From contig JAYWIR010000019.1 of NCBI GenBank assembly GCA_036172245.1, positions 1,674,001-1,738,000 on the forward strand: a stretch of DNA of 64,000 bases, given 5' to 3'. This DNA is from Raillietiella orientalis. Taxonomy: Eukaryota. This document shows positions 11,397 to 25,541 of this stretch, one piece after another. Both the position numbers and the translations under genes were made by a program. Under the pieces are notes generated by a model. That model was not told the DNA's origin. It searched no databases and was given only the letters and a program-made list of their open reading frames with translations. Position 1 is the first letter of the stretch; each line of letters opens with the position of its first letter.

Positions 11397-13324
11397 CTGC
11401 AAGGAACAACAATCAGTCTGATTGTCCACGCGCAGCGCGAGGTCAAGGAGACCATGCTTTTTGAACGAACAAGTGCAAACAACGAGCGAGAGTTTTAGGG
11501 GGGGTACGGGTGCCAGGTCGGAGTTCATCCGTGCCTGCAGGTTCGACAACCCGCAAGCAGCCGGCCGCGTCCGGCGACCGGGGAGAGGGGTGGGGGCGAC
11601 GGAAGAGGCAAAGGATGGGACCGTTTGAACAGCGCCTCCGCCAGCATCCCTGAAGAAATGCCGCTGGGCTAGGCATCCGCGCCGGGGTTTCCCGGGAACC
11701 GACGGATTTCCCGAAAGGGGATGATGAGGAAGCCAGGAAAATCGGACGAAGTCGGATGGCCGACGGGAGGTCACGCTGCCGCAAGCTGCAGGAACAACAA
11801 CAACAAAGATAAAAACTCAAAAGGCCGATCCGGCCTTTCTGGAGAAGCGCAAGACGTGGCAGACGACCATCTTCTTCCTCCGATGCGCAGCCTTCTCGGA
11901 AGTCAGCGAGCTTCACGAAAAAGAATGCACCGTGTGCGTATTGAACAGAGCGCTTCCCCGACGTGAAGAGAGGAAGAATATCGATCTCTTCCTCGGAAAT
12001 ATCATTGCCATCAGAGAAGAGGACGGACGGACCGCAGTAGAAAAAAAAAACAAAAAAAACAATCAGTTTGCTTTTCCGAGCAGCATCTCGCTAACTGTCC
12101 GGAGATGAGACCAATTAGCGTCCTCGTGGGCTCCTGGACTCAGCTGCACTCGTGCTCCCGCGGCGCAAGCAGCGAGGTCCGGTCGTCCACTTGCCGGGAC
12201 GCGCCACTCCGCAGCACGCTCCGGGCGCGCGCGCCTTCGTCAACAAGGAGCGGGCAAAACAGCCGTCGGCAAAGCAAGAAGGGATGTATCACGGCGGGAA
12301 CGACTTCTTCGCGAGAACGGTCAGCTCCTCGTTGCCACGGGAGACGCGGCGCCTTCCCGGAACAGCGGCGAGGTCTCCCTCCCCTCCGAACCCCGCCACG
12401 TCGTGGGGTGCGCTCATTGCCCTCCTGCGTCTCTCAGCCTCTTCCTCCTCCTCCTTCCCTTCCATCCAATTACGCCTCGCCGCCTTCGCCCCAACGGCAC
12501 TGGGACCGCTGCACAGGAAGTTCTTCCTTTCTATTTTTACGTTCACGGATCGCAGGAAATCTCGGGAATTAATGCAGAGGCATCGGAATGCCGGGCTGAC
12601 AAGAAATGAAGGATTTTTGGCACGCCGAAATGTTTTCTCTCCCTCCTCCCCCCCTCTCCTTCCTTTCTTTTCGGTTTTTCCACCCTTCCCGAGAAGGCTG
12701 CTGCTTGCTGCAGCTGAGGGGGAAAAAAAGGTGAATCATCCTTCAGATATGTCCCATTCCCAACGATCGCACCATGGGCTTCGCAATCACACACACATAC
12801 ACACGCGCACACGCACGCAGCGAGAGAGAGGGAGGGGGGGGGGGAGGGAGGGAGAGGGGTGGCCCCAGCATCCAATGTGGAAAGAATCGAACGATTTTGA
12901 TCCCGTGATGTCATCGCTCGCGAAGGCATCACGGCTACGGAGCAGTGCCCGCGATCCTGGATTCAAGGACAGCGAACTCAGTGGCGAAGGAGCGCGCGCT
13001 GCACTCGAACGCAGCGCTGCGAGCGTTCGAGAAGGGCCGCTCCGATGCCGGTTCACGAGGGGAGCAGGAAAAGGAAAGAGGGAGAGGGGGGGGGGTTAAA
13101 AAAAACAAAACAAAACAGAAACGCCCCCCTCGTCTCTCTCTCTCTTTCTCTCTCTGCCTTCTCCCAGAGAGACAACCGCCGTTCGCGTTTTCCCAATGGC
13201 GGATCTGCGATTAGCGGTTCGCAAATCCCAGAAATTCGTGACGCACGCAGCTCGATAAACGCCCTCTGTGCTTCCGTGACCAGGTCCTCGAAAGGAGAAG
13301 GGTTGCGAGCACGTTCGGCGAAGC

Positions 13325-13326
<2 letters not shown>

Positions 13327-13356
<30 letters not shown>
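13327..13356. repeat. (AG)n microsatellite
   Basis: About 15 perfect AG units. Confidence 0.95.
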
Positions 13357-13360
<4 letters not shown>

Positions 13361-16300
13361 ATGGTGCGGGCTGCGGCCCCTCAAAGGGCGGATGGAACTG
13401 TAACGAGAAAGACAAGACGAGCTTGCCCACCCACTAGCCTGGGGCCCACTCGACCCGCGCGCAAGTCCCGTTCTTCGCGCACGCCCGAGCTGATGACGGG
13501 GTGGCGCAGCAGCAGCCGACTGACTGCCAGAAACAGCGTCGTCTCCCCCCTTACGATCTCGCCAGACGCAGGGGTCCGCGCGCGCGTACTCCGACCTCCG
13601 TCCGTCCCTCGTTCGAGACCACGTGATCCGGCCTCGCCCGAGCACGGGCAGCACCCGGTCTCTCGAGCGAACCTCCTGGCTCGGTGTCAAGCGGCAGCAG
13701 CGTCGCCTTTCAGCAAGGCCATAAGTCAAAGAGAAGAGCCAGCCAGCCAGCCAGCCGTGCAGCCGCGCACCGCTTCGGCGTCGCGGAGGGAGCTTTCCAC
13801 GCGCCGACGTGCGGACGCAGCGGCCGACCTCCGGAGCGACGCAAAGGACTTCCCTGAAGCTCCCTCAGCTTTCTCCTACCACCACCATCGCCACGGGGGA
13901 GGAAACTAAGTGCGGCCGAGACTCGGGATCGAACGCAGTGCGGCGGCGCACTGCGCCAAACCAACCAGAAAGGACCGAGGCTTCCAGGAACAGCCTGCAG
14001 AGCGGTCGAGGAGCATCGCCACCACCCGACTCCTGTCCGCAAAAGTAAGGTGCCCCGTAAAGAAGACAGGCTCGAAGACGCACCCGTCCGCTGGCCGCAT
14101 GACCTCGTGCTGTCCACTTTTTAAGTGCGTTGCATGTGTACGTGTAATACGCGTGTGCACACACGCAAGCGTGCACGTGAGCTCACCTTCAGGGGTTGAA
14201 TGGGAACCCTGAATTGGGACATGACGTGATCCATTTTCGGAACGAAGCAGGTCGTTAATTGGCGCTGCAAGCAGTAACGATGCGATGAGGAACTTGCCGG
14301 GGCGGATACACCGATAGCAACGGATCCGAGCTTCGCGATCGGTCGACACTCCGCCGAGAAAGAACTCGCCCAAGAGCGGCCTCGGCGATGCCGCGGACCA
14401 GCATGCGTGGATCCACATGCACTCGTGGAAGCTTGCGGACCGCGACGAAGCAGCGATTCCAAGAGCGTTCCCAAGATCACTTAGATTTCGACTCAGCAGC
14501 CCGAAACCACGGCACCCGCCGTTTGGACGTAGGAGGACTTGACAGAGTTGTCCAACAGCAATCGGCCGATCGTTGGTACCACCGAACGTGCCGACACGCA
14601 AGCAGAAAGTGCCCAGTGGACGAGTGCAAACAACCCACGTAATAAACAGCAGCAATCCCGTGCAAAATACAGGTGCTGTGTGCACAATTTGCATCGATCG
14701 CTCTTCGAGCAATGGAAAGTGGGCGCAAGAGGGAGGGAGGGGGCAGCAAAACGGAGGTGACATCAGGGAGGCAGGAAAGAGCACTGGTCGACTTGGACAG
14801 GCGCCGCTCTAGATCTCGCTGGTGTTCACTTCGGGATTCCGAACGGACCGTGCACGCGCATGGCGATGTTCCATGGTCAGTGCCCGACGACACACGCGGG
14901 GAAACGAGCAAGAGGAAGAGGGGAGGAGGGGCTGACGCTCTCCACTTTGTTTTTCTAGCGTCCCCCTCGCCTCGCCACCCGATTCTCAGATATGCTTCCC
15001 GATTCGAAGGACTGGCCGCCGAAGACGAAGGCACTCATCCTGGTCGTAAAAACGAAGGCAGCGAGCGGCAGATCCCACATCCTTCAGTCCCTTTTTCCGT
15101 ACGGACCCGTTCACTACACGGGAATGATCGAGGCCGTAGGTCGCTCGCCGCTGTGTCAGCATCCACCGGTGTGCATGCCTGAGAAACGCAACTTCTGCTG
15201 CTCCGTGGAAATGCACGCGCTAAGATGAATACCATTAAAGCACCCATCAATAGCCAAGAGAGGGATTTGATAGGTCTTTATCAGGTTTGGAACCTCTCGA
15301 TAAAAAGGAGGAGTATCCGAGATGCTGATCTGTGGTCGGACGCGTAACCAAACGGGCATACGGGTCCTTCCTTCTCGAACAATACGGGATGAAAAAGACG
15401 ACAGCAGACACGATGAAGCAAAAGGTCACACAGGAAAACGCTGCCGAAGGCACGAGACATCTTGCTCTGACACGTGGCCTGCTGGGCAGGAAAGCGACCG
15501 GGAAAAAGCGGTCAACTGAACAAGAAAGCCCGAATCACGGTGCACTTCCACGGGAACAGCAAGCCGAGTCGTTGGGCAAGGCCGCAGCGGAAAGAGGAGC
15601 GAAGGAAAAGGAAACGCGCGCGCCTGTTGACACAGAAATGAAATTCTGCACTTCGCACAGATTCCAACAGGAGAAAGGCGATTCACTTCCGCACAAACGG
15701 TCATCAGCTAGGAACCGAGCGTCTTAGAAAAAGGGACGACTCGCTGTCGTTCCCTGTAGCTCACGCTGCTGGTAAATGCCTACGGTTTCCTGTACGAAGC
15801 TTTTCGGAAAGTCTCCGGGAAGTCGAGCGGAGTTTTAGAAAACCAAAACCCCGAGGGAAAATCAGCGCTAGGAAATTTGGTTGGAGTAATGTTCCAAAGG
15901 ATGACGCATGCATCCAAAGAAATCCATCTCCCTCCTTTCGGCGCTTTCCGGACGTGCAAGCGGTGAACACAGAAAATGCTTCTACCAATCAAGGAGTCGC
16001 ACGGATGGAACAGGATGGAAAAGGGATCAAGAGATCGGGAACACAGCCATAAACTGGTAGAAGGTAGAACTGGAGTCCAGAAGCAACTGTGAACGGAGCG
16101 CGACAGTCCTCTTGGCCACAGTCTACCCGGAGATCATAGCAGCATCGTAGCAAGTGTTTCTACCCCTGCTCCCTAAAAAACCGTCCCTTACTTCCCCTCC
16201 CCCCCTTCTCCTCCCTCCCCCCACTTTTCTTTTTTTGTTTTTTTGAGACAATCGCACGTATCTCATACGTTGTTAATTGGGCATGATAAGGAAACGCGCA

Positions 16301-19300
16301 CCCTTGCAAGTGGAGGCTTTTCTAACTGAAGAAAGCCGACGCTGGTGCTTCCACTGAAACCACGAAAAGAATTCTCCTCCATTAATGCAATTTCAGGTCA
16401 GAGATGAAGTGCGGACGAGAAAATGACTGGGCATCACGTGGTTGCCACATCGGGAAACTCTTTAGAATGTTCAGGTGCACACCTGCAGCACGCATATTGG
16501 GAACTGGGAACAAGAAATTTGGCAACGAATAAGCTGCATCAATTATGGTGATTCGTTATGAGATCGGAAAAGTCCCAACACGTTCTCAAGAGGCACAGTG
16601 ATGCTGCGAATAAAGACGTGCAAAAAAGAAAGAAAGAAAGAAAAAAGCGAAAATCCCGAAAACGGAAGCACGAACGCGAAAAAGTTGCGACACGCGCAGG
16701 GCGTTTCTTTCCCATTCGCAAGAATTTTCCGGGAACAGCAAAACCACCGCCATCGCAAGATCGAACTCGTGATGAACGTTCGGGATGAACCCTTACGTAC
16801 GATCACAATTCTCTTTCGCACTTTCTGCGCGATCGGAATTCGAAAGCGGATGCTGCGTTCAACTCTGCCCATCTCTGCCAACCTCCGGGGTAGAGGCGAC
16901 AAGCTCTTCAGATGAAAATCCACCCATCCTTGCGTTAACAAAGACACGCGTACTCGTAAAAGAGGCGACTACCAACACGAACGCTTCCTCGTATGGATTG
17001 CGATCCCGAACAAAATCCGCATGGGGGTTAACGTACGAAGGAACACATATCAAGTACACGAATCGACGAAACGAATACGGGAAGAACGTTACACTCTGAG
17101 AACGCTTCCTGATTCAAAAATCGGATGCAGTAATGGCGCTCAGTCAACCGAGAAAACATTTATACCACCGCCATCCTGACCAGCGCCCTCACCGTGAAAC
17201 CCACCCATACCAGCACGGCTTCCCGAATCACACCGTCTTTCAGAACACATCATCGCCGTTAAGGGAACGCGCTGCCTCGTTCCTGCAATTCCAGCGTCCA
17301 CCCACAGGAAACTACTAAGCCCGACGTGTGGTACTTTCTAAGTACGAACACAAGTCCGGAAGACATTGACCGCGGTGACACGCGAAACGTGGGTACGTTC
17401 ATCCCAACATTCTCGACAGCCCGAGATATCCACGCGGACTGCAATCTTCTCGTATCGAGTTTCGAAGTCGATCACACGGAGTACTTTTTTTTTTTTTTTT
17501 TTTTCACGAAGAGGGGATTTCCGCAATCCACACCTTCACGCACAGACAGATCCGAGCAGACCCCCCGTGCGTACACGGGGACGATTGGAGAGCTCAGTGG
17601 CTTTCTGATCTTCATCCTCAGTTCCACGCTGTGGTCCTCTGGACTCGAGCACAACGGAGCTTCGTCCTTGGTACGAAAACAAGCGATCCAGTAACGATTC
17701 AACAAGCGCACGCCCATAATCCAATTTATTGAATACATAAAGTCCATGTAATGGCAGCGAAAACGACAACGACAGTAACTGGACACCCGCATCCAAAGGC
17801 AGGCGCAGCTACTTCCAAGGCAGCCTCTCCGGGCGCAGAAAGCGAATGGCGAGCTTCCCGGCTAGGGGGAATGTGGGGTCACGAAATAGGCACGTCTCGA
17901 CAAATTCGGTTTCCCGGATTTCTGTCCGCACAACTTCAACACGGGGCTCTTTGCCAACGCTCGCCACGTGGTTGCGATCAAAGCAGTCCACGCCCAACGC
18001 TGCTGCCGTTCCCGAAATTCTCACACGGCTGCTGATGGACCGCCAAACCACGAAATGAGGTCCGCGAATGGCCACGCCGCTTGGGGAGATTTTCTCAAGA
18101 GACAACCACCAGTCGCCAACCTGTTGGACCTGCTTCGGATCGCTCTTCGCGAAGAACAGTCTTTGAGGTTCACGGGGGGAGGGGGTTCGAAGTGCCACGT
18201 TCGAGTTTGTTTGTGTTGGGCGGCGTCGACCAAAAAAACAAAAACAAAACGCAATCTTTGCTGAACATCTGGAAGAGCATTGCAACAGCCCCGTGGTACA
18301 CACAGGGAAACACGAGAAACTCGAAGAATGGTGCTGCCATGTGGTTTTTTGTTTCATTTAGTAGTAGGCAGTTACATTTTTTGTCCGTGCTGCACAATGA
18401 AATAGTAAACAGCATTACGAATAGCCCCGCGTGAATCTCTTACATAGAACACGTATGGCATACATTAACGCGGACATGAAATCATTGCGAGCTTCCAGAT
18501 CAGTATAAAGTGACGTGCATAGCCGAGTTCAAAAAAAAAGCACAATCTCGACAGTTTCGAATCTCTTTCCGGAGCACTTCATCTAAAAAAAAAAAGAAAG
18601 AAAGAAAGAAAAGGAAATCCGATGCCTTTTTATTTGAGAAAGAGTCGAGCAGGGAAAGCTTCTTAATAGAGGACACGAAATTCAAACGATGTATCCCTGG
18701 AGCGATGCGATCCACCAGGACGAAAGTTCTGGTGGAGCGCATCTGAAGCGCACGTAGGGAAAATGAAAATTGAAAACCTCCCTGTACAAAAAAAAAAAAA
18801 AAAAAAAAAAAAAAGGAAGAGTTTGCCATCATGCCATAAAATCACCTTGGATCCAAAAGTGCACGCGGGCAATACGAAGCCCCTCGTGCTATCTGCACGC
18901 GCGTTGAGCCCCAGTGGGAACACTGCCACTTTTATGAAAACAAACTATTTGTTAATCTCCAGTGCACGCGACGTTCCTCTTTATGGACTACGACTTGCTG
19001 CCTCCCGCAGAATCTGTGCTTCTGCAGCGCGCTGCGACAAAAAAGGGCAGAAGGGGGCCGCCGCACCCGCCCTCCCTATACCTGCTGAAGACAACTTTGG
19101 ACCGCTAAGGTGTGCGCGAGCGCCCCTGGGATTCCGATCAGTTTCACTTATCTCGAAACCCACTTGGAACGCGGAGATTCGGGAGACGTCCCGACTCTCC
19201 CGTGATGGACACGACAACCTAAAAGCTTTCATCGCTTCCCTCATTTTCGTGACCCGTCGGGAAAAGAAAAGAAGGGGGGGGGGGGGAAGGACAACGTCGA

Positions 19301-20235
19301 TCCGAAGCACAGATCTCAAGACGGTCCTAATGCAAATGACGAAACACGGTACATTACATCAGCGCCACGTTCACAACTCAACGCAATAAAATCCATTCAC
19401 AAGTTCCTCCCTGAAGAGTCGGGAGTTTCGCTCGCGCTCCTTAAGAACGCCCGCGGTTATCTTCGCGCACGGAAACATGACCGGATACGTTGACATCAGG
19501 AATAACATCATCTGCCTACTGAAAGAATACAGATGAATTTTACGGCCTGGAAATTACGATTGTCAAACGCTCCACACAGGACGAAACGGCTGAGGAGGAG
19601 TAGGGGGAAGGGGCAAAGCACGCGGGCTCCAACACACACACACGCGCGCGCACGCACGCACTCGCACGCACGCACACGCACATGCACAGACGTCTGGCAT
19701 TTCGCGTACTCGTGGAGGGAAAGCGTTTGATTCGTTCCGTTACGATGGAAGAAGCAGAAGAAGGGAGAGAGTGAGACACACACACATGCGTACGCCTGCA
19801 GGCAGTCAGTCACTTGATAGCGAGAGGGAGCGCACTGGCTGAATGAGAACAGAACTTTTAAGCTCGCCAGACAAGGGAAGAGACGTCCGCCGCCGCAGCA
19901 TCAGCAGCAGCAGCAGCAGCAGCAGGCGAGCCGGTCGCGCTGCACAGAACCCACGGCGTTACACCACAGCCGGCAATCCACGACACACGGAGACAAAAAA
20001 CAACAGATCGCCAGAAGCACGAGATGGCCCTCGCAGATTTGAAAACGGGATCTGTGGCGAGGAACAAATGGATCGGCAAGGGGAAGCGATTCCTGCTGTC
20101 GACGGCTCGGCGTGGACTACGGAGGAAGTGATCAACCCATCACAAAAGTGGCGTGGCATCCGCTGTTACGTAAAACGTTCAACTTTCGGCTCGGTCCAAC
20201 CCTTTTGCTGGAAGTTGAAAATGAGGTCGTAAAAA

Positions 20236-20268
<33 letters not shown>

Positions 20269-23200
20269 AAAGTCTGGTGGCTAGCCGAAGACCTTCCCAA
20301 AGAGAATTAAAGTTCCTGAATTGGCGCGGTTCAAAAACTCAGCTCCCGAGGAAGGGACCGTGCCCGCGGAGTAAGCACGCGTAGGAAATTTTGCAAAGGA
20401 AAGGAAGGACCGAGCTTTTTCTTTTTTCTTTTTTTGCACCAAGAAATGGATTCCCTGCAAACTTCCAACTCTTCGCTTTGTTTCACTCGAAACGGAACTC
20501 CCGTAGCAGCAGCAGCATGGGATCTCTCCCGGAGCGCCGCAGCAGCATATGTTTAACCAGATGCTCCACTGGGAAACCTATCTTCTGATAACACTTGCTA
20601 TACAACCGAAAGTTGTCAGGAAGAGAAAGAATCTAATTATAGGCTCCCAGCTGCAACACATGTCAGTAATCCTTCATATAAATCACGCATTATAAAGTAA
20701 CCTTATCGTTATGGGAGGCAGCAGGGTTTCAGAAGCAGAAGTCTCGAGACAAAACCCAAGAACGGGAGGGAGCGTTTCGCCTATGAATGGAAGGTAGGAC
20801 ACGGGAAACTCGCGGGCAGGAGAACACTGCTCATCTGCAGAAGATCGAGTCGGAGGAACGTCATCTGCACCGGCGCGCCGTCGGCAGAGCAATCCTTGGG
20901 AAACCAAAGGCAAGGTATGGTCGGGAAGTGAGTTCCTACGGAGCGTTTGAAGCGCACCGCTCCCTATCCATCCAGGGTGGCAGCGAGCCATTCAGATAAT
21001 TAGAAGAACCATAATTAAGATAAACACGAAATAAATGGTGGAAATGCGAAACGCACCGGTTGAGGTTGCAAAAAAAAAAAAACTCCTTTCGACTTTCCGA
21101 TGATTTTGCGACTGGAATTCAAACAAAGCTCGAACCGTCCGATTCGCCTTGGACGAGCTCTTTTGTCTTTGGCAAATAAGAAATCCATTAGGAAAGGATA
21201 CTCTTGCGATGAAGGCGAGGAGGAGCAAAGCTCCTCTCAGCGCATAATAAATCGCACAGGCATTCGGGAATCAATGGGTATCTGCTCCTTCCGATTCGAC
21301 TGCTCACCTTGACCAGGGTCTCTCGATGTCTTCGGAGCACACACAGACAGTTAATTTGCATGAAACTTGATGTATGTTCCTAAGAAAGCAATCCCACCTC
21401 CCCCCCTCCCCTCCAAAAAAAAAAAGAAAAAAAAAGGAAGCGCAATTCCTCAAGAGCTGCACGTGGTCCATCGAAGATCCGCAGAAATAAAGCATCGATT
21501 CGCTTTGCAAGCAGCTCTTTCCGATTGTGATTTTCATTTCCTTTCTAGCAGAGCTACAAGAACAACAACAACAACAGAAGAAGAAGAAAAAAAAATGGCG
21601 TTCCGAACTGTGGAAGCCGAAAATATCCACAAGGTAACAGATACAAAGTAGTCGATTGAGCTGTTCACCAGCGAAGCCATGGAGCGAGATTTCCGCACGA
21701 ATCGATTCGTCATCCGCAATTCATTTGGAGGCTAAGGAGGATGGGATGCAAGGCTCCATACATGACTACTGTTCGAAAAAACGGCGCTCTTTTTTTTTTT
21801 TTTCTTTTCCTTCCTTTTTTTTTTTTCTTCTTCTTCTTCTCCATGCCTTTTTTAAAATAGGAACTCGCAGCAGAGAAACAGCAACAGCCTTATGCTGTCT
21901 ATCATCATCATGCTGGCGGATACCTTGCCGTCGCATTCAAACACAAAAGATAACATAGACTCACGGACAGTCAGCCTAAAAGTATTTAGCGCAAGGATGG
22001 AGTTATCTTCTCCAACCCCCCCCCCCCCTTTTTTTTTTCTCTTCTTTCATATCCGGGATGTTCCTGTCCCCAACTCCCACTTCTTTTTCATACGCACACG
22101 TCCGGTATGTAACGGAAACCCCAAAGGTTGCTGGCCCAGTATTTGCAACATCAAATAGATTCCGGACAACAGCAGCAAGAAGAATATATATAGACACGTT
22201 CCATTTGTGAAACCTCAATTTTAAAATGTCCGCACCTGCAAAGAATTTGTTACGTTCTCTTTTCCATATCTTTAATCGATCAGTAAAAAGATAATCCAAT
22301 TGATGCGTTTCTGTTCAAGAGCGCTGGAAGCACACTGTTCCAAGAGAGTACGTATTAGAAAACCACCGTGTCGACATGGGGAGTTGGACACAAAGGGTGG
22401 GTTGCAGTGAACGACGGTCTTCCAGCGGTCTTTGCGAGAAACGCACCTCGTCCTTCGATGCAGAGTGGCAGTGATACGGAGAGATGCCATTTCTAGAAGT
22501 CACATCCCGCACGGCAACAAAAATCGCAGCATCACGAAGCCACAGGCACACGTTGATCAGCAGGTCGGATCCAATTTGTTCTCACGCAGTTGTTGTTTTT
22601 CCATTTTTAAGAGGGATTCCGAAAAGCATTTCACCCGCCGTTTTACCTGCGATCCATCTCAGCAATCACGGCCGCAATCGAATTTCATGCCCCCAGCCTT
22701 GACGATGATGGGATTTAAAAACACACATTATTCCACAATAAGTACACGAAGGATACAATGATCACGACGATGCACAGTACTCGTGAAGATTGCGATAAAG
22801 GAGAAACGAAATTCCCCCCCCCCCCTACTTATTCACAATTTCCTCTCACATCCGTTTCTGGGAATTCCCCCGAAAACGGACGCTCACTTTGCTGCAGAAC
22901 ACAACAAGTACGCCTCGTCGAAAAGACAGAAGGGATTCCCGTGACGTCAGCATGCTTAGGAAAATGAGGTTCCCGACATCAGGTGATTTTCTATTCGAAC
23001 GCCTTCGCATGCAATCGGTGGGCTAATCTAATCTAAAATATCAAACCTGGCCGCTTGGCACCGCACATTGGGAAGTGGTCTGGGCTGCTACCAACTTGCC
23101 TGCTGGTGCTCCCGATCCCCGCAGATACCAAGTGTTTTCAAGACAGGAGAGAGTCCTTAGACAAGGCCCAGTTTTGCGCAGCCCATATGAAACGAGCAAG

Positions 23201-25477
23201 GATCATCCAGGAAAATTGCCGTGAACCTTCCCGGCTAGTTGACTGACTAACGTCATGGGAACGATTCGCAAGGAAGCTTGCAAAGAGGATCCGACCTCGC
23301 AGGATCCAAGTGATTCCCGAACGTAGTTTAAACACGAACGAAAAACGGGAAACGGAAAGGAGTGGGAAGAGAGGGATCGATTTCTGTTCTACCGATGGGA
23401 GCGATTTTCTAAAAAGAAACGCATTCCCCTTTTCCAAGCAAATTCTACCCAATTGAAGGAATGGGACTTCCGAAAATTTACGTGTTGTGTACTATAATAA
23501 AGGAACTTGACGAATGAGAATTCACAAAGTGCATTCACAACAAATGAAATCTATAAGAAAGGTCACACCACGCTTCGGTGTTGAGCTACCAACATCGAAG
23601 CATAGACACCGCGACTCTCGCCATCTGACTCCCGGATCTGAAGGGGGCCGTCTCCACATGTCCCTAAAAAATCTTTCTACTTTCATTTTCCCGCCTGAGT
23701 TCAAGCACCCGCGAATCTCCACGGCGAAAACCTACAGATGGACACGCAGAAGATCGAGTTGGCAGATCATCCACAGCCACGTGATTTTCTAAGGAGGTCT
23801 ATTCGTAGTGAAGCGGGGCAGTTCATTGGGAATAATCGCAAAGCAAGGTTTCACTCGAAGATTCCCTTTTAAAAAAAAAATAAAATGAAAAACTCGAGAT
23901 TTTCCATCATTTTGTTGTGGAACAAATACGGCCTTTGCATCAAAAAACAATAATAATAATAATAATCGACGATAAGAGCACACAAAACAACCAACCCACT
24001 CAGGACGATTCAGATAAGCATTCTGAATGCTTCGCTACGTAAATTTCGTTGGTCCAAAGAATAAGTGAAAACAGAAGTACTTGCTGTGCATCTGCATGGC
24101 TCGACAATTAATGTAGAGAGGATGAGGAGATGAATTAACAGATTCGTGAGCTCGGGAGTAAGGATGGCACTTGTTGACTTGGTACCTCTGAATCTGATTG
24201 TGAAATGCAATGAAGAAACGAGGAGCGATGTCACCTCAATGACTTGACAAGGAACTACTCGTAAGGTTGCCACATAACTTTTGGGGGGAATAAAGACTTC
24301 GAGAGCCGAATCCAATGGGGGATCCATCCGAGTTCTTTTCGAGATAATCCGCTTTTCGAACCTCCAGACCGCAAAAATCAAGGCTCATAAAAGCACCAAA
24401 AGCGGACGAACTTTCTTTTGCTCCATCCCCACCCCCCACCTCCAAACACACACACACACACACAATGAGGACTTTTGAGATGAACATACGAAACCAACGA
24501 TCAGAACAAACATACTCGGAGAGCCACAACGAAAAAAAAAAATAAAATAAAAAGAGGGTTTAGAAAATGAATCTACGAGTCACCACATGCAAGAAAGACC
24601 CTTTCACAGGGAACTTCAAGTGACATGGGACATCAGGCCTTTTTCCATCCAGCATCACTATGAAGTTCAAGATTGCCTCAAAAGTAGGCATATCACGCTT
24701 ACAAAGGTTTGTGAGTAAATTTATAATTTAATTTGTTTCTCATGTGTTGTCCAGTAACGAAAATTTTTGGTAAAAATGGTTCCATCGCGTGCAAAGGATC
24801 GTCGACCGAGAGGTTTTCCGGAAACTGGTGGTCAAATTCTGAGGGATGCCCGGACATCTTGAGGAATTGTTTTATGAAGAATTGTGGGTACTGATTGATA
24901 TGTGGATATTTAAGACTTTGAGGATTGCGAATAAATCGATTTCAATGGTATGTAAAATGTGAAGGCGTTTTAACGTTCCAAAGTCTGAAATTTAAAATGG
25001 GATTCCCAAACTGTGATGCTTTGCTTGAATTAACCTTCTCTTCGAGCATGGTCATATTTTCCAAAAAAAATTTCAATTACTAGCCAGTGATAGAAATTTA
25101 AGAATGTATTTTTCAAATTAGGCCAATACACTGATGTTGAAGGCTACAACACAAAAAATGCATGCAATGCAGAGTAAGAGCCCAAATTTCTTTGCATCTT
25201 CCTTGAAGTACAAATCTATGGTTTTCGTGAAACAACAGGCTGAACACGATCCTCAAAGGAAATGGGGCTTCAAAAAGCAGGCCATTCAAAAATTAAAAAA
25301 AGTATTCACAATCATTACTTCCAATCATGATCTTTTAATCTTTGAGTAACATAAACTACAGGGAAAAGTCAAAAAACAAGTGCTCGTTACATTCTTCAAC
25401 ACCACCATTTAGTCTCCTGGAATTTTTACACTTCATGGATATTAGTAGTATAGAAAATTAAGGGAACTCTACTTTGG

Positions 25478-25541
25478 ATCTTTGGATTGTAGACATATAG
25501 AAGTAGTAGCTACTGCTTCTATATGTCTACAATCCAAAGAT
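25478..25541. repeat. 64-bp near-perfect palindrome
   Basis: atctttggattgtagacatatagaagtagtag|ctactgcttctatatgtctacaatccaaagat: 32-bp arms, one T/G mismatch, no spacer. Confidence 0.97.
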
